Below, piece after piece: positions 37,274 to 59,626 of a DNA stretch of 64,000 nt (position 1 is the first letter of the stretch; every line of letters starts with the position of its first letter). The stretch is from Blastocystis sp. Blastoise. Lineage: Eukaryota; Protista; Bigyra: Opalinata. The translations under genes were made by a program, and so were the position numbers. The DNA lies in NCBI GenBank assembly GCA_039096225.1, contig JBBPEB010000023.1:372001-436000 (forward strand), in the 5' to 3' direction. The notes below the pieces were generated by a model that saw only the letters and a list, made by a program, of their open reading frames with translations, was not told the DNA's origin and did not search any database.

Positions 37274-38191
37274 TCTTTAAAGATAGAAAGGAATAATAAA
37301 ATAAACTATTTTTTGGATAGTTATGGATTACATTTTCTACGAAAAAGCTCGTCATCGTTTTTCCTTACAAAAATTTTCGGTTTTTATGGTTTTTTATATC
37401 ATTGTTGTTAGTATTTGGTTTTACTGATGTTTGTACATATCAAAGATATATTTGTTTTTTTATTTTATATAAATGATTCCACTTTTTAGTTTATATTTCT
37501 CTCACTCTTTTGGTGATACTAACTAATCCTATCATGACCTATTTTGATTATTTTCAATCGATGTTGTTGCCAACGTTATGCTACTCTTTATTACATTACA
37601 TAGCTTAAGGTCTTATCATTTGAATTAAAAAGATTGATGAGTTGTTTGAATGTAATAATGACAAAAATAAATTGTTAAGAAAATTGAACGAAACAAATTT
37701 TATTTAATACAGAAAAAGAAGTACGGAAGAAAGTCATATCATAATGAATGAATAAATGGAGAAAGATTAAAAATGTAAAGAATAGTTCAAAAAAGAAATC
37801 AGAGTTTTTTTATCAACGAGTCATGAGTGAGACTACCATAATAAAAAAAATAAATAAATAATGCAAAGAAAGAACTCAAGATAAACATAAGACAGAGAGA
37901 GAAGTAGAAGGGAAATAGAAAGAGTGATGGATACAGTAAATGATAATTTTACAACAGAAATATGATAAACATGATACACTAAGAATTATATGTAACAAGA
38001 ATGAAATATATAATAGAATAATCTTAAGAAATGAAAAAAGTCATACACCTAATGAAGTAAAATTATAAATATGTAATAAAATAAAATATTTTTCGTTAGA
38101 AAAGAAATAGACAAAAAAAAAAACACAAAATAGGAAATATATAATTTAATAGAATACTTACGGATATACTAGTTAAAATATCAAATACTAT

Positions 38192-39269
38192 TTAAGAAGA
38201 TAATGGAGAAAGTGTGAGTACAGAATCATGAAGTGGCCATTTATTAAATAAATTATTAATTTCTTCAACAGAATACTTAGGTATACATTGAATAAAACAA
38301 TAATTAGAATCTTTAAATATTTCAAAAGTTTCAAATATTTTTAAATGTTGAAAATAAGTTTGTACAGAATAATTAGGTATATCTTCAGACCATCCTTCTA
38401 ATTTATATATAACCATAGGTTTTGAATCTAAAAATGAAAAATCATTTTGATAAGAAGTATTATTATACATAGAATTTGAATTATATTGATGAGAATATGG
38501 ATTATTATTATTATTTAAATAATAATTATTTAAATAATAATTATTATCATAATAATAATCTTTTGTATAATCATTATTCTCTGTATTATATATAGAATTA
38601 TTCATATCCATTGTATTTGATAATTCAAAATTAACAGGTTCTTGATAACTGTTAAACATAGATTTCTTAGATATATTATTTTTAGTATATGTATTAAAAG
38701 AATCACTTGAATAAAATGGTTTTCGAGGAGATAAAAATTCAGAATAAGATTCTGGAAGATTAGACATAGTTTGAGTTTTATTCATAGTAATAGTATTATT
38801 AGTAGTTGTAGAAATCGTTTCAGGAAGAGAACAGGTAGAATCAGTATCGTTTAAAGATTTTGTTTTTATATTAAAATTCTCATTTGTAGAAGATATTTCA
38901 TTAACAGAATTATTCATAGAATTATTCATAGAATCAGGAATATCATTAAAAAGAGATCCTTTTAATGAATTTATAGTATTATAGGATGATTCAGATAATG
39001 TTTCCGATATGATCTCTCCAGCCATATTACTATTAATATTAATATTATTATTCTCTTTATCATAGCTCTCTAAATCTAAAGGATCTAACATAGCATATTG
39101 AGGATCAGCAAAAGGAGCCATTAAAGAAGGCATACTTGGATCGTATTTGGGATAATAACAAGGAGAACACATATAAGGCTAGATAATATTATTATTGTTA
39201 TATTTTAGAGTATATAATTAATTAAAAAAAAAATAATAATAAAAACAATAATAAAAAAAAAAATAAATG

Positions 39270-39313
<44 letters not shown>

Positions 39314-40244
39314 TAATAATAAAATACTGAATTATAGCACATGTTTGTTGTTGGAATACTGTCATTTGAAATTAAATCATAATTTAAACAAGTAGAATTA
39401 TTTTGATAAATAACTAATTCTTGTAATTTAGAATATTGTATATCAAATCTAAATATTTCATTTTTTACTTGAATTGATATTTTTGACATTTGCTCCTTAA
39501 CATTCTTTGCATCTTCTAATGTATTCATTTGAACTAATGCGTGATGAATAGAACAATGCTTAAATAAACGAATTCTTTTCAATTCACCATATTTTTCAAT
39601 GTTCTATATATATATATTTAATATATTTATTAAAAAAAAAAAATACAAAATAAAGAATGAATAAAACAATACATATATATATGCAAACAAATAAAATATT
39701 TTAATAAAAAAAAAAAATTTAAATGAAAAACTAAAAAAAAAAAAAATCTACTAACAGTGATCTTATTCAATATTGAGTATTTTATGAAATATACCTTTGC
39801 TAATTCTTCGATATGAAGGTATGAACCTGGAATAGTACAAATAGTAAAAAGCAATATCTTATTTTCAGGATTATGATTAAGTAATAGTTCAATGTTTTTA
39901 TGATCACTATAAGATACTTTAAGGGCAGACTTATGAATAACTAATTTCTGCTCTTGACCTAATGAATAGACTCGTTTTGCATCTTCTAAAGAGTTCATTT
40001 CAATTAATGCCTCATTCTTAGGACGTAATATTACAGTGCGAATTACTTCTCCATACTGTGATAAGATATGCTCTAATAAATATGTTGTGACTGAACAAGC
40101 TAATTTTCTGACATATAAAACCTTAGATGGTGAACGCTGAACATTAGGTGACTTCGGTATATTTCCTATATATACGTAAATAGTAGAACACAATGAAACA
40201 GAAAAAATAAAAAAATACATACTTTTAGTTAAAACTGCTTCCAT
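38192..40244 (-). CDS. PTB/hnRNP L-like multi-RRM RNA-binding protein
   Basis: RRM1 SPSKVLYVRKL..YGEV..EALIEM..VSYSDH; RRM2 NKILLFTI..YGELKRI..HALVQM..DIQYSK; N-rich linker; degenerate C-terminal RRM; three introns. The start may lie further upstream. Confidence 0.78.
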
Positions 40245-41229
40245 GATAAATTTCTATATTATAGAAAGAAAATACATAAAACTTCTTTTTCATATCGAAT
40301 AAGAATTTTTGAAGAAATCTTTAGAATTCGATTATTAGTATTTTTCGAATCAATAGAGAATTCGAATGACAACTGTGTACATAATCTTCCAGTCATTTCT
40401 TCTTTTTTAGTTCTTCTCCTCTTCTCTTTTTCCCCGTGAATATTCTACTTCTATAAATAAATTCAGTCTTCCTATATTGATAACCATTCATCTTCTTTTC
40501 TTTTGCTTTTGTTGCCATTCATTTGTGTATAGTTATATACGTAAATAAAGATATTGTAAAACGTCATCAATCAGGTTCATTCGACGTTTCCTCAAAAAAA
40601 ATAGAGTCATTTTTTTTTGTGTTTTTTATAATTATTTTTTTTAATGATTATGATAAAATAGTGTTTTCTTAAAAAAAAAATCATTTCTTCTGTTATTTTT
40701 GGAATGACTACTAAACTGAATAATCGCTGGAGTCATTTGAAAGAATATTTGTATATTCTGGAACATTTTGTTTTCATCAATTTGAAAGTATGTTCATCGA
40801 AATGACCAAATAGATATAAATAAACGTTTTTATTATTATTATAAAAGGACAGTGATATCAATGTAATAAACAAAATAATATAAAAAAAAAAAAAAATTCA
40901 AAACAAAAAGAAATTTATATTATTAAAAAAAGAAAAATAATAACACGTATAAAAAAAAAAAAAAGAAAGAAAATAAATAAGAACAAGATTATTATAATAA
41001 AACCAAAGAAATAGAAACAATTAAAAAAAAAAAGAAAGAAGAAGAATAAATAGTAACCATAAAATCAAAAGTAAAGAATAAAATAAATCAATTAATAAAA
41101 AAAAATGTTATTCAAAGATAATTATATAAAAGTATATAAATAAGAAAAAATCAATAAATAAAAATATATATATATATATTTGAAAAAAAAATGTTGGGAA
41201 AAAAAGAGTATTATATGTATATACACGAT

Positions 41230-45886
<4,657 letters not shown>

Positions 45887-46199
45887 CTCTATATACATAA
45901 CTGATATGAAAATGATATTCTTCAATATACTTTGCTCTATATTGGGTGTCAAAATTAAACAAAGGTTTTGGTTGGAAATTGAAATTAAAAAATCTAGATT
46001 ATTCTCATTCAAACCAGTCAATTCACAAAAATAATCCTTGATTGATTTTCTCACTTTCTTCTTCTGAATTCCCATGAGAATCATGCTAAGAAACCGTTTT
46101 TTTTGGCTTTTTTTTGTGATTGCTTTTTCAATAGAAAAACCATTAACATCTATTTTTTAATCCATTTATTTTTTTCTTATTTATCTCATTGTTTTTAGA

Positions 46200-49194
46200 A
46201 TGTCAACTAATCAACAATACAATCCTTAGTATATATAGACCTATTATGACTAATGACATTATTCTCTTTAGTAACAAAGGTAATAATGGTGGTAATAAGA
46301 GATCAAATAATGGTTATAACAAAAACTATCAAATGAACGCTCCTCGTATGCATTGATCTATCTTATTTTTATTCCTTATTTTCTTCTATTCTCATTTTAT
46401 TTTTTCTATAGAATACGTATGTCCTACTTAACTCCATGATTTAAATCAATACATAATCTATATAGGCTTATGCTAATAATGGTGCCTATTATAGCATTGC
46501 TCCTGTATGTTTTGCTTATTTAAAATGTATTTACCACGTATGCTATTTTTTTTTATTATAGGGTTATCCTGTCTTTCAAAACAGTGTATATATGATTGAG
46601 TTATAAATAGTCATTAAATTATTCTTCTTAATTTGCTATAGAATAATATTATTTGTTACATATTTTTTTAGAATAATCTAAGATCTCTTATACTTAATAT
46701 ATATAGGGTGTAATGTATAGTCCTTATATGGGTTATCAACTTCCAATGAATGCTGCTACTCCTGCTGTTACTTCTACTTTAAATACGAATGTTAGTGAAT
46801 ATGTTCCTATGACTAAATTTACTGCTGTTCCCGCTACAATTCCCGCTCAAACAATGAGCCATCCCATGAATGCTAATTATGCTACTTTTACTCCTGCTAC
46901 TACTACTACTACTACTCCTATGAATACTGTTAATAATAATAATAATACAGATATGAATAGAGATGATGATTCTGGTGAAAGTACTGACCCCTTAAGTGTT
47001 GATGAAGATATTAATAATGATATTTCTATTCCTACTCCTCTTCCTACTGTTAATAATAATACTACTACTACTCCTGCTGCTAATAATAATGCTTCTATGA
47101 TGAATGTTCCTACTAATACTATTCAAGCTCCTATCTATACTCCTCGTTCATTCTCATCTCAAGCTGTTAAGGCTCCTTCTTTTGTTCCTGGAGCTATTAA
47201 ACCTACTACAAATACTGCTGTCAAATTCACACCTGCTGCTGCTTCTAAAGCTGAATATATTAATATATTTAAAAAACTTGTGGTATCTATTTTAATTGTT
47301 GTTATTAATATATTTAAAAAAAATATTATATTGATTTTATATTGTACTATAATTATTTTTATATGTTTTACAATTTTAGTTATTTATTTTTCACTTTATT
47401 ACTGTGTTAGATTATATATATACATTAAGAATATATATTTCACTATTATATATATATATATATATAGAATAATGATGATGGATCTAAGGCTAAAGAAGAA
47501 GAAGAGAAGAAGAAGCAAGAAGAAGAGGAAAGAAAGAGAAAAGAAGAAGAAGAGAGAATAGCTGCTGAGAAAGCTAGAAAGGAAGAAGAGGAGAGAAGAA
47601 GAAAAGAAGAAGAAGAAAGAATAAGAAAAGAAGAAGAAGAGAGAATAGCTGCAGAAAAGGCCAAGAAGGAAGAAGAAGAAAGAATTGCTGCTGAGAAAGC
47701 TAAGAAAGAGGAAGAAGAGAGAATGGCAGCAGAAAAGGCTAAGAAAGAAGAAGAAGAGAGAAAGAGAAAAGAAGAATCTCCTATGCCAACTACTCCTACT
47801 AATGGCTATAATCGCCAAAGTGATAGTAGAAATAATTATAATAATAAATATAATAACCGTGATAATGGTTATAATAATAATAATAATCAACGACCTTATC
47901 ATGATAATAACCGCGGGGATATGAGTCGTAAGAATAGTCGTAAAGGTCCTAATGATAAATATAATGATAATAATAATTTCAATAATAATGGTGGTGGTCG
48001 TGGTGGAAAGAGAAATAACCGCGGGGGACGTAGTGGAAATCGTAATAATTTCAATGCTGAAAATACCAATTGGATCGCTACTCCTATTGATGAAGAAAAA
48101 TATGGATTCTTTAAGACTGAAGTATATATATATATGTTTATTATTATTATGTTTATTATTATGTTTATTATTATATATATAATATATATTATTATTATAT
48201 ATATAAATAGGATAAGTTATGTTATTTAAATGAAGAGATTATGAATATATGGTCAGAAGAGAAGAATGAGTTAGAAGAAATGAATATTATGGGTGTTAAT
48301 ACTTTTGAATATACTATTGTTAAGGTATATATATATATTTATATTTATATATTTATTAAATAATAAATATATATAGTTTAATACATATTAATATTATTTT
48401 AAAATATATATATATTTTATATAATATCTATATCTATATATATACTATATATATAATATATATATAGACAGATCGTGCTAAGCCTATTACTAGTGCTACT
48501 TCTTCTCATTTAGATATTATAAAGAAACAAATGCAATCTATATTAAATAAATTAACATTAGATAAATTTGATGCTTTATCTAAAGAAATTTTAAATATTC
48601 ATTTAAATACTATTACTGAATTTGAAGCTATTGCTACTCTTATTTATAATAAAGCTGTTATTGAACCTAAATTCTCTTCTATGTATATTATTATTATATT
48701 TATATTTATATTATTATTATTATATTATTATTATTATATTTATATTTATTAATCATATAATCATATAATAATATATATATATATATATATAGGTATGCTC
48801 AATTATGTCAATTATTAAAGACACAAACAGCCACTATGATAGCCAATAGTATTATTACTGAAGAAATAGAAGGTAAATTCTATTGGAAGACCAAGAATAC
48901 TATTCCTGTTCCTGAGAAAGATGATAAAGTAGAAGAAAGTGAACCCATGGGCGAAGGTATGAATACTAAAGAAGAAGCTATGGAAGAAGCGGCTAAGAAA
49001 TATAGTATTAAGAAATTATTAACAAAGAAATGTCAAGAAGTATATTTTATTATGTAATTTTTATATTTATTTTTGAATTTTATTTTTTATTTTATTTAAA
49101 AAATAGTTTTATAAATGTTTATATAAGTTGTTTTTCATTTTATCATTATATTTATTATTGTTATTATATTCATTATTTTGATTATTGTTATAAT

Positions 49195-49238
<44 letters not shown>

Positions 49239-50388
49239 AATTTGAAGCTGAAGACCGTTATGATGATATTAATAAGAAGATTGAAGAATGTCAGCAAGAG
49301 ATGAAATCAACTAGAGATAAAATTGTTATACGAAGAAATGAAAGCGCTCTTAATGAATATGAATATGAAAAGAATTCGATTAGAAGACGTACCTTTGGTA
49401 ATGTAGAATTTATTGGTATATATATATATTATATGTTTATTATTATATCTATTCTATATATTTAAAATATATACTATTTAATTCTTAATATATTAATACT
49501 ATTACTTTATATATATAGGTCAATTATTTAATCATAATGTATTACGTGTATATAAAGTATTATTAATATGTATTGAAGATTTAACTACTCAATATGATAA
49601 TCCTGATGATGAAAAAACTGAATGTTTATGTAAATTATTAACTACTATAGGTGAAGTATGTAGTAAAGATAGTAAATTTAAACAATTAGTTGAAGATACT
49701 TTACATAATTTAGAACCTTTTAGTAAGAATGATAAATTATCTTCTAGAGTACGTTTTGCTATTAAAGATGTTTTAGAATTAAAAGATCGTAATTGGGTTA
49801 GTAGAAAGAATGATAGTAAATTAGTCTCTTTAACAGAATTAAGAAAACAACAAATCTTAGAAAACTTACAAAAGTATATTTTTATTATTATATTTTATTA
49901 TTATTATGTTTATTATTATAGTTATTATTGTTGTGTTTATTATTATAGTTATTATTGTTGTGTTTATTATTATATTTATTATTATTTTGTTTATTATTGT
50001 GTTTATTATTATTATATGTATATAGAGCTAGTGCTGCTGCCGCTTCTAAAGCTGAACAACCCAAGTTAAATAAAGGAAAGAGTGTATATATTATATTATA
50101 TAATAATACTATTAATAATAATATTAATAATAATAATAATTCTATTTCTATAGCAAAAAGCTAAATCTCATAATCTTGGTATATATATATATATATATAA
50201 TAATAATAGTATTTTTATTATCTATATCTATATATAGGTCGTAATAATAGTAATATAAGCCTTCGTCCTGGCGGTAAATCTTCTTCTTATGGCGCCATGG
50301 AAACCCCCACTTCTCCTGTTACTCCAATTGAAGAGCCCGCCATTCCTGCTGGCGCTATTATTGAACCTATTTCTGAAGAACATAAAGA

Positions 50389-50419
<31 letters not shown>

Positions 50420-51174
50420 GGTTATTCTATTCTATTTATTAATCATGTTATATATATATTATTTTACTTTTATAATTTAATATTAAACTATTTTTTTTAA
50501 ATATATATATATATAGTATTTCAAGACAATAAAATCCTCCTTCGACGAATATAAAGAATCTCATGAAGTCGATGACTTCCAGTATTATGTTAATGATAAG
50601 AGAGAACAACTTAAAGATAATGATTACTCTAATGTATATTATATATTATGATTATACTTTATATTATTACAAATAAATAAGATAATTGAATAATGATAAA
50701 TAATATATATTATAATATAGTTTATGGCTTCAGTATTCTTATATATTGGTGAAAACTTCAAATTAGATGATAATTTCAAGGTATTCTGTGATATATTAAA
50801 TATAATGTGTGAACAATATAATTTAACTTCTACTAATATTATTGATGGGTATATATATATATATAATGATATATTGATATTATTAATAATATTTTAATAT
50901 TTGGATTATCTATTTTATTTATAAATATAAAATAAAACTAATAATACTATACTTTATTATAATGACTATTCTATATATATATAGTCTTCATATAGCTTTA
51001 TATACTATTGGCGACATTGATGCTCCTCTTAAATATCAATTATCTGCTTCTCTTCTTAATTCATTTATTGAAAAGAATCATTTAAAGAAAGAAGATATTG
51101 ATACTTTAGGTAATTCTATTGATAAATCTTCAGATAGTTATTATAATTATCAAGATATTATGAAAAAAATGTAA
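46200..51174 (+). CDS. EIF4G: Translation initiation factor eIF4G
   Basis: MIF4G: QSILNKLTLDKFD, KAVIEPKFSSMYAQLC, KCQEEFE, GNVEFIGQLF, ECLCKLLTTIG, LSSRVRFAIKDVLELK..W; SLRPGG motif; candidate eIF4E-binding YLNEEIM; E/K/R-rich repeat at about 47490-47775. Confidence 0.93.
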
Positions 51175-51846
51175 AATAGAATTAAAATAAATATATTATT
51201 TAAAATATAAATATTTTTTTGATTATTGTTGACATTCGAATTAGTATTTTAAATTTAAAGGTTTTGTTTATTTATAAAAGTAATAATAACTTTGGTTTTA
51301 ATTTGAAAATAAATTATAGACTAATGTATTTTTGATGTAAATAACAACTTATTTTAAAATCTTTTATTATTATTTATACTTTTAAATATGTAAACAGCTA
51401 TTGATTACATTTGAAAGTATTTGAATGCCTTATATTTCCATTAAACAATAATATCAAAATTACTTGTTAAACTCAAAGAATTCAAGCATATATACAGTAA
51501 ATAACGATATCAGAATAACAATAATATTAATATTATACTATAAATAGTAAATTCACAGTAAATGATACGAAGAATAATAATAATGGACACATATTAGTTA
51601 ATATTTCTATTAATAAAAACTATATTCTCATCTATATCTATGAATAAACAGAATGCAAATATGGATCATAAGAATATAATTCTTATATACTCTTTAAAAC
51701 ACAAATAAAATATAGTAAAAAGATAAACACGAAGAAGATGCAAAAATACCCACAAGTAACGGATGAAAAACCTGCTCTTTTTTGTGGGTTTATAAAAGAA
51801 ACCAGACTTTTTTATACCTTTCTATTTCTTTTTCTCTGATTATACT

Positions 51847-52523
51847 ATGGAGAGTACAATAATAATGTTAAAAGACTCAACATTGATATATAAGTACCAC
51901 TCTAAGAAATGTGATTCGACAATAATATACTTTCCTGGAGATATTCAGGATGATGATAAAAATATGACACTCTTCTCTGGTTTATATCGATATCATAAAT
52001 TCAGTTATCAGAATACAATTACTTTGTTACATCATAAGTTTCCAAATAGCAAGTAAGTTTATTTTATATTAATAATGAAGTGATTTGAATCTAATGAAAT
52101 ATATTTAGTATTTTACTAATTGCTCCTGGTCAGAAAAATGGTCCTTTCTCCTTATATAATAACTTATTTGACTGTGATGATCATGGATATATAAAGGACT
52201 GTATATATTTGATATAATAAAAATAATATTCTATATTAATTAATATTCTTTTAGATAATAGGAATGGCAATTCTTGTCAAATAATTCATAAATTATTATC
52301 TGTTACACAAGGTATACTATATATTTATTTTTAAGATTGATTTTATAATTTTTAATTCGAATTTTAATTATATTTTAATTATATATAAATATTTTTTTTA
52401 CATTAGATCCTGATGAATTTCAGTTACCTTATATATTAATGGGATTTTCACGGGGAACACTTGTTTTAAATCAATTATTAACAGAAATTGGATATTCACG
52501 AGAATCGATGGCTTTCTTTGAAA

Positions 52524-52618
<95 letters not shown>

Positions 52619-53017
52619 TATATAGTATTCATTATTTAGATGGTGGAAATCGTATTCCAAATTATCCTGAATTTAAAATGGATGAAATCAACTTAAAAGC
52701 ACTGAAAATCATTAGGTATGTATTATTATAGTAATTTATGGATAGTATATTATTTATTATTTAATATATATATAGTGATATATATTATATTAATATATAT
52801 ATTTATTAATTTATATATTTATTATTATTATATATATAGTGATATAAATGATTTACGTGTTTATTTTCATTGTACACCTTTTTTTCAAGGATATAGTAAT
52901 ATTGATGATGTTAGTTCTCATTATCCAAGTATATATATAAATATATATATATATATATACTATTATATTTTATGTATAATAATTTATTTAAAAAGTTTTT
53001 TTTGATTTGGAAGTATT

Positions 53018-53105
<88 letters not shown>

Positions 53106-53254
53106 CGTTTGCTTCTTCAACTGAAATTCTTGATTATGTCATTCGAAACAGAAAAGAACGACTGAATTTTATTGGTCAATTGAATTATTATGGAATTCGA
53201 ACAGAAACATTTTTCTATGAACAAGAATATGAGTATATATTATTATTATTATAC

Positions 53255-53301
<47 letters not shown>

Positions 53302-53392
53302 CATATTATTATTACATAGTCATGTTTCGGGTGATGATTTATATAAACATATGAGTGTGTTAGATTATTTTAACGAACTAGCTTCTTTTTAA
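51847..53392 (+). CDS. C2orf69/UPF0565-like alpha/beta-hydrolase-type protein
   Basis: [41 protein letters not shown]; eight exons join in frame. Confidence 0.82.
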
Positions 53393-53986
53393 ATTTAATT
53401 ATTCATTTCTATTGAGTTTCTTTCTTCATATATATATCTATATATATTCTTCTTTTTCAATTTTTTTTCAATTATCTCAATATTTTAAAGATATGTATAA
53501 TATTATTTATTTTCAAATTTTCTTTCAATTTTTTTCTTTCTTCGTACTGTGTTTCTTTTTTTCTCTCTATAAATAGTATTATAAACATATATAGTATAAT
53601 ATTATTTATTTTTTCGTATTTTTAACATATTATATATTTTACATGTAATGTATTATTATGTTTTTATTTCTTTGTATAATAAAACAATATATATTTTTTA
53701 ATTAAGTTCCTCATTTTTATATTACATATATATTTATTCTATATATTGTATACACTTTCATTTTTTTGTAATCTTTTTCAAACTTTCTCTTTTTTTGTTG
53801 TTTTTTGAAATTTTTATAAATGTTCTAATATATATATTAGTTTTTTTTGTAGTTGTCTTTTACTGTGAATATATTTTTTTATAATATTTGTGTTTTGTTA
53901 CTAGTTTATTATCCATAATTTTTATAAAATGTGTATAAAAACAAACAAGAAAAATAATATAAATGTAAATAAACTTTTTTTTATTA

Positions 53987-54858
53987 TTATTCTTTCTTTT
54001 GATTAGGATAAAATAATACCTATAAATGATATTATATATATATGTTTCGTTTTTATAATTTTAAACATTTATAATATATATATATATATATACTTGGTTC
54101 CATAATTCAGGTGGTATGTCACAAATATTAGGTACATAAGCATCAGAATCTCTAAATATTTTTGTTCTATCTTCATCATCTACTATATTATATATACATA
54201 TATTAATATTATTATTAAATAATTTATCTTTATAAAATAATAATAGATTATTAAAAAAAAGAATATATAAGATTAATAAAAATAAAAATAATAAATATAA
54301 TAAATATATATATACCATTAGGAAGGGATGTTAATAAAGTTCTGTCTTGTGTCATCATAAAACTAGATTGATTTTCTTCTTCACTTAATTCACTTTCAGT
54401 AGATCTTGATTCATTATTACTATCTTTTAAAGATACAGACTTTGAATCTATACAAGAATTATGTATATCAATTTACATGTCATTTATAGAAAATAAAACT
54501 CAATAAAAAATAATAAAAAAATACCTTGAAATGCACTTTCACTTTCAATATCGTTAGCTAAATAAAATAATAAGCCATAATTACCAACAAAATATATAAT
54601 AATAGTCATTCCAACGAAAGAACTAAAAGATAATAAGTATTCCCATGGAAAGACGAACGGTAATCCTAGAAAATCAAAAAAAGAGTCTGGACACACAAGT
54701 CTTAAAACGTAGATGATTTGAACAAAAGTTAAAAAACTCCATAATCTGAATCCGACTCGTTCTAATTTACTGACCTGTATATATATAGAGGTTAGACTGA
54801 CAATTAAATTAATTACCTCTGTGAATTTCTTTTCTTTTAATGGTTCACTGCTATCCAT
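53987..54858 (-). CDS. Hypothetical multi-pass membrane protein
   Basis: Hydrophobic first exon with 2-3 TM segments; three GT-AG introns in frame to TAA at 53987-53989. Confidence 0.6.
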
Positions 54859-55199
54859 TTATAATAAAGATAATTAACACAATCAAAATAACTAGATACT
54901 TGAATTCAAAGAAATTATATACAAAGAATAATTATTTATGTTTATTCATTCATTGGATGAACCAGATTTTTTGTGTTCTTTAATTTAAATTTCTTGTTAT
55001 TTCTTTTAATGGTTTTTACAGTAGATAGAAAGTGTAATAGTTTTCTTAAAAAATTATCATAAATAGTCATTGAATAATTAGAAATAAAAAAGAAGAACAA
55101 AACAGTTTAGATATATCATCTAAGAGTATATATAACATCATATATATATAATAGAAAGAAAAGAAAAATAAAAACTCAAATAATAGATAACTAATATAT

Positions 55200-58592
<3,393 letters not shown>

Positions 58593-59626
58593 GCTTATAT
58601 TCTAATCTCTTAAAATAACAAAGAAAAGATTTAGAATGGTGGATTGAATTAAAAGCTTTTTGGTCAACAAATAAAAAACAAAACGACTCTTTTTGTTTTA
58701 TGGTTATCTTTGAATCATACACGGAAACTGAATCTTTTTTAATGATTATATTATTTTTTGGTAAAACCCATATAAAGGCGACAAGTGACGATTCTTCTCC
58801 AAAAATTGTCAGTTCTCCAAGATTCTTGACTTGCTTTTCTTTAATGAATTGAATTTCATACTTATAAGAATGAATCTGATATTTAATTTATGAATTAGAG
58901 AAAGAGAAATGATACTATGAGATAATGATGTCTATATTTTATTAAAATTCAATATACTAGGATTCCATTATTATTGATTTTCTTCTTTTATCTTCATTCT
59001 ATAATCATCCTTAAGTATCAAAAACTTAATGTAACTCAAAACACGCGATGATACGATTCAAATGAAATTTATTATGATGAAAATCTCTTTTATTTCGATT
59101 TATTTTCAATTAGAAAGATTAGAATTATCATGAATGATGAAAAATTTATAATGAAAATTGAATTTGAGCGAATAAGAAAAGATAATAATCACTTTTTAAG
59201 TTAATGATGATTTCATAGTGTCTTCATGAATATTATGTCTTCAAATGATTCAAAATCCCTGTTATAGATCAAGAATTTCATAACCATCACTTTTGGTGTA
59301 TTTATAAAATAAATTGTGTTAAAGCATCACAAACTTTTGTAAATCAAATGTATTTCCTATAATTCTCATCATCTACCTATGCATATCCAAGATTATAGTT
59401 CTTAATAAAAATGATAAATGCTATCCTATTAACAAAAAAAAACAAAAAAACAAAATAAAATTCTAAGAGAGAATGCAGGTGCTTTTTTGTTTTCTTAACC
59501 AATAATAAAAGAAAAAGTCAAATCTATCCAAAATAAATGATACTTTCTTTTTGAACTTTGTTTTGAATACTATTTAGATTTTTAAATAATTATATATTTA
59601 TTTTCAAATAAATAATAATCTGAAAC

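Noticed and set aside
53940-53947. TGTTTGTT downstream of a gene: possible Blastocystis-type creation of stop codons by polyadenylation
   Set aside because: The motif is about 40 nt past an encoded TAA, is not seen consistently at other 3' ends, and every complete gene traced has a genomic stop.
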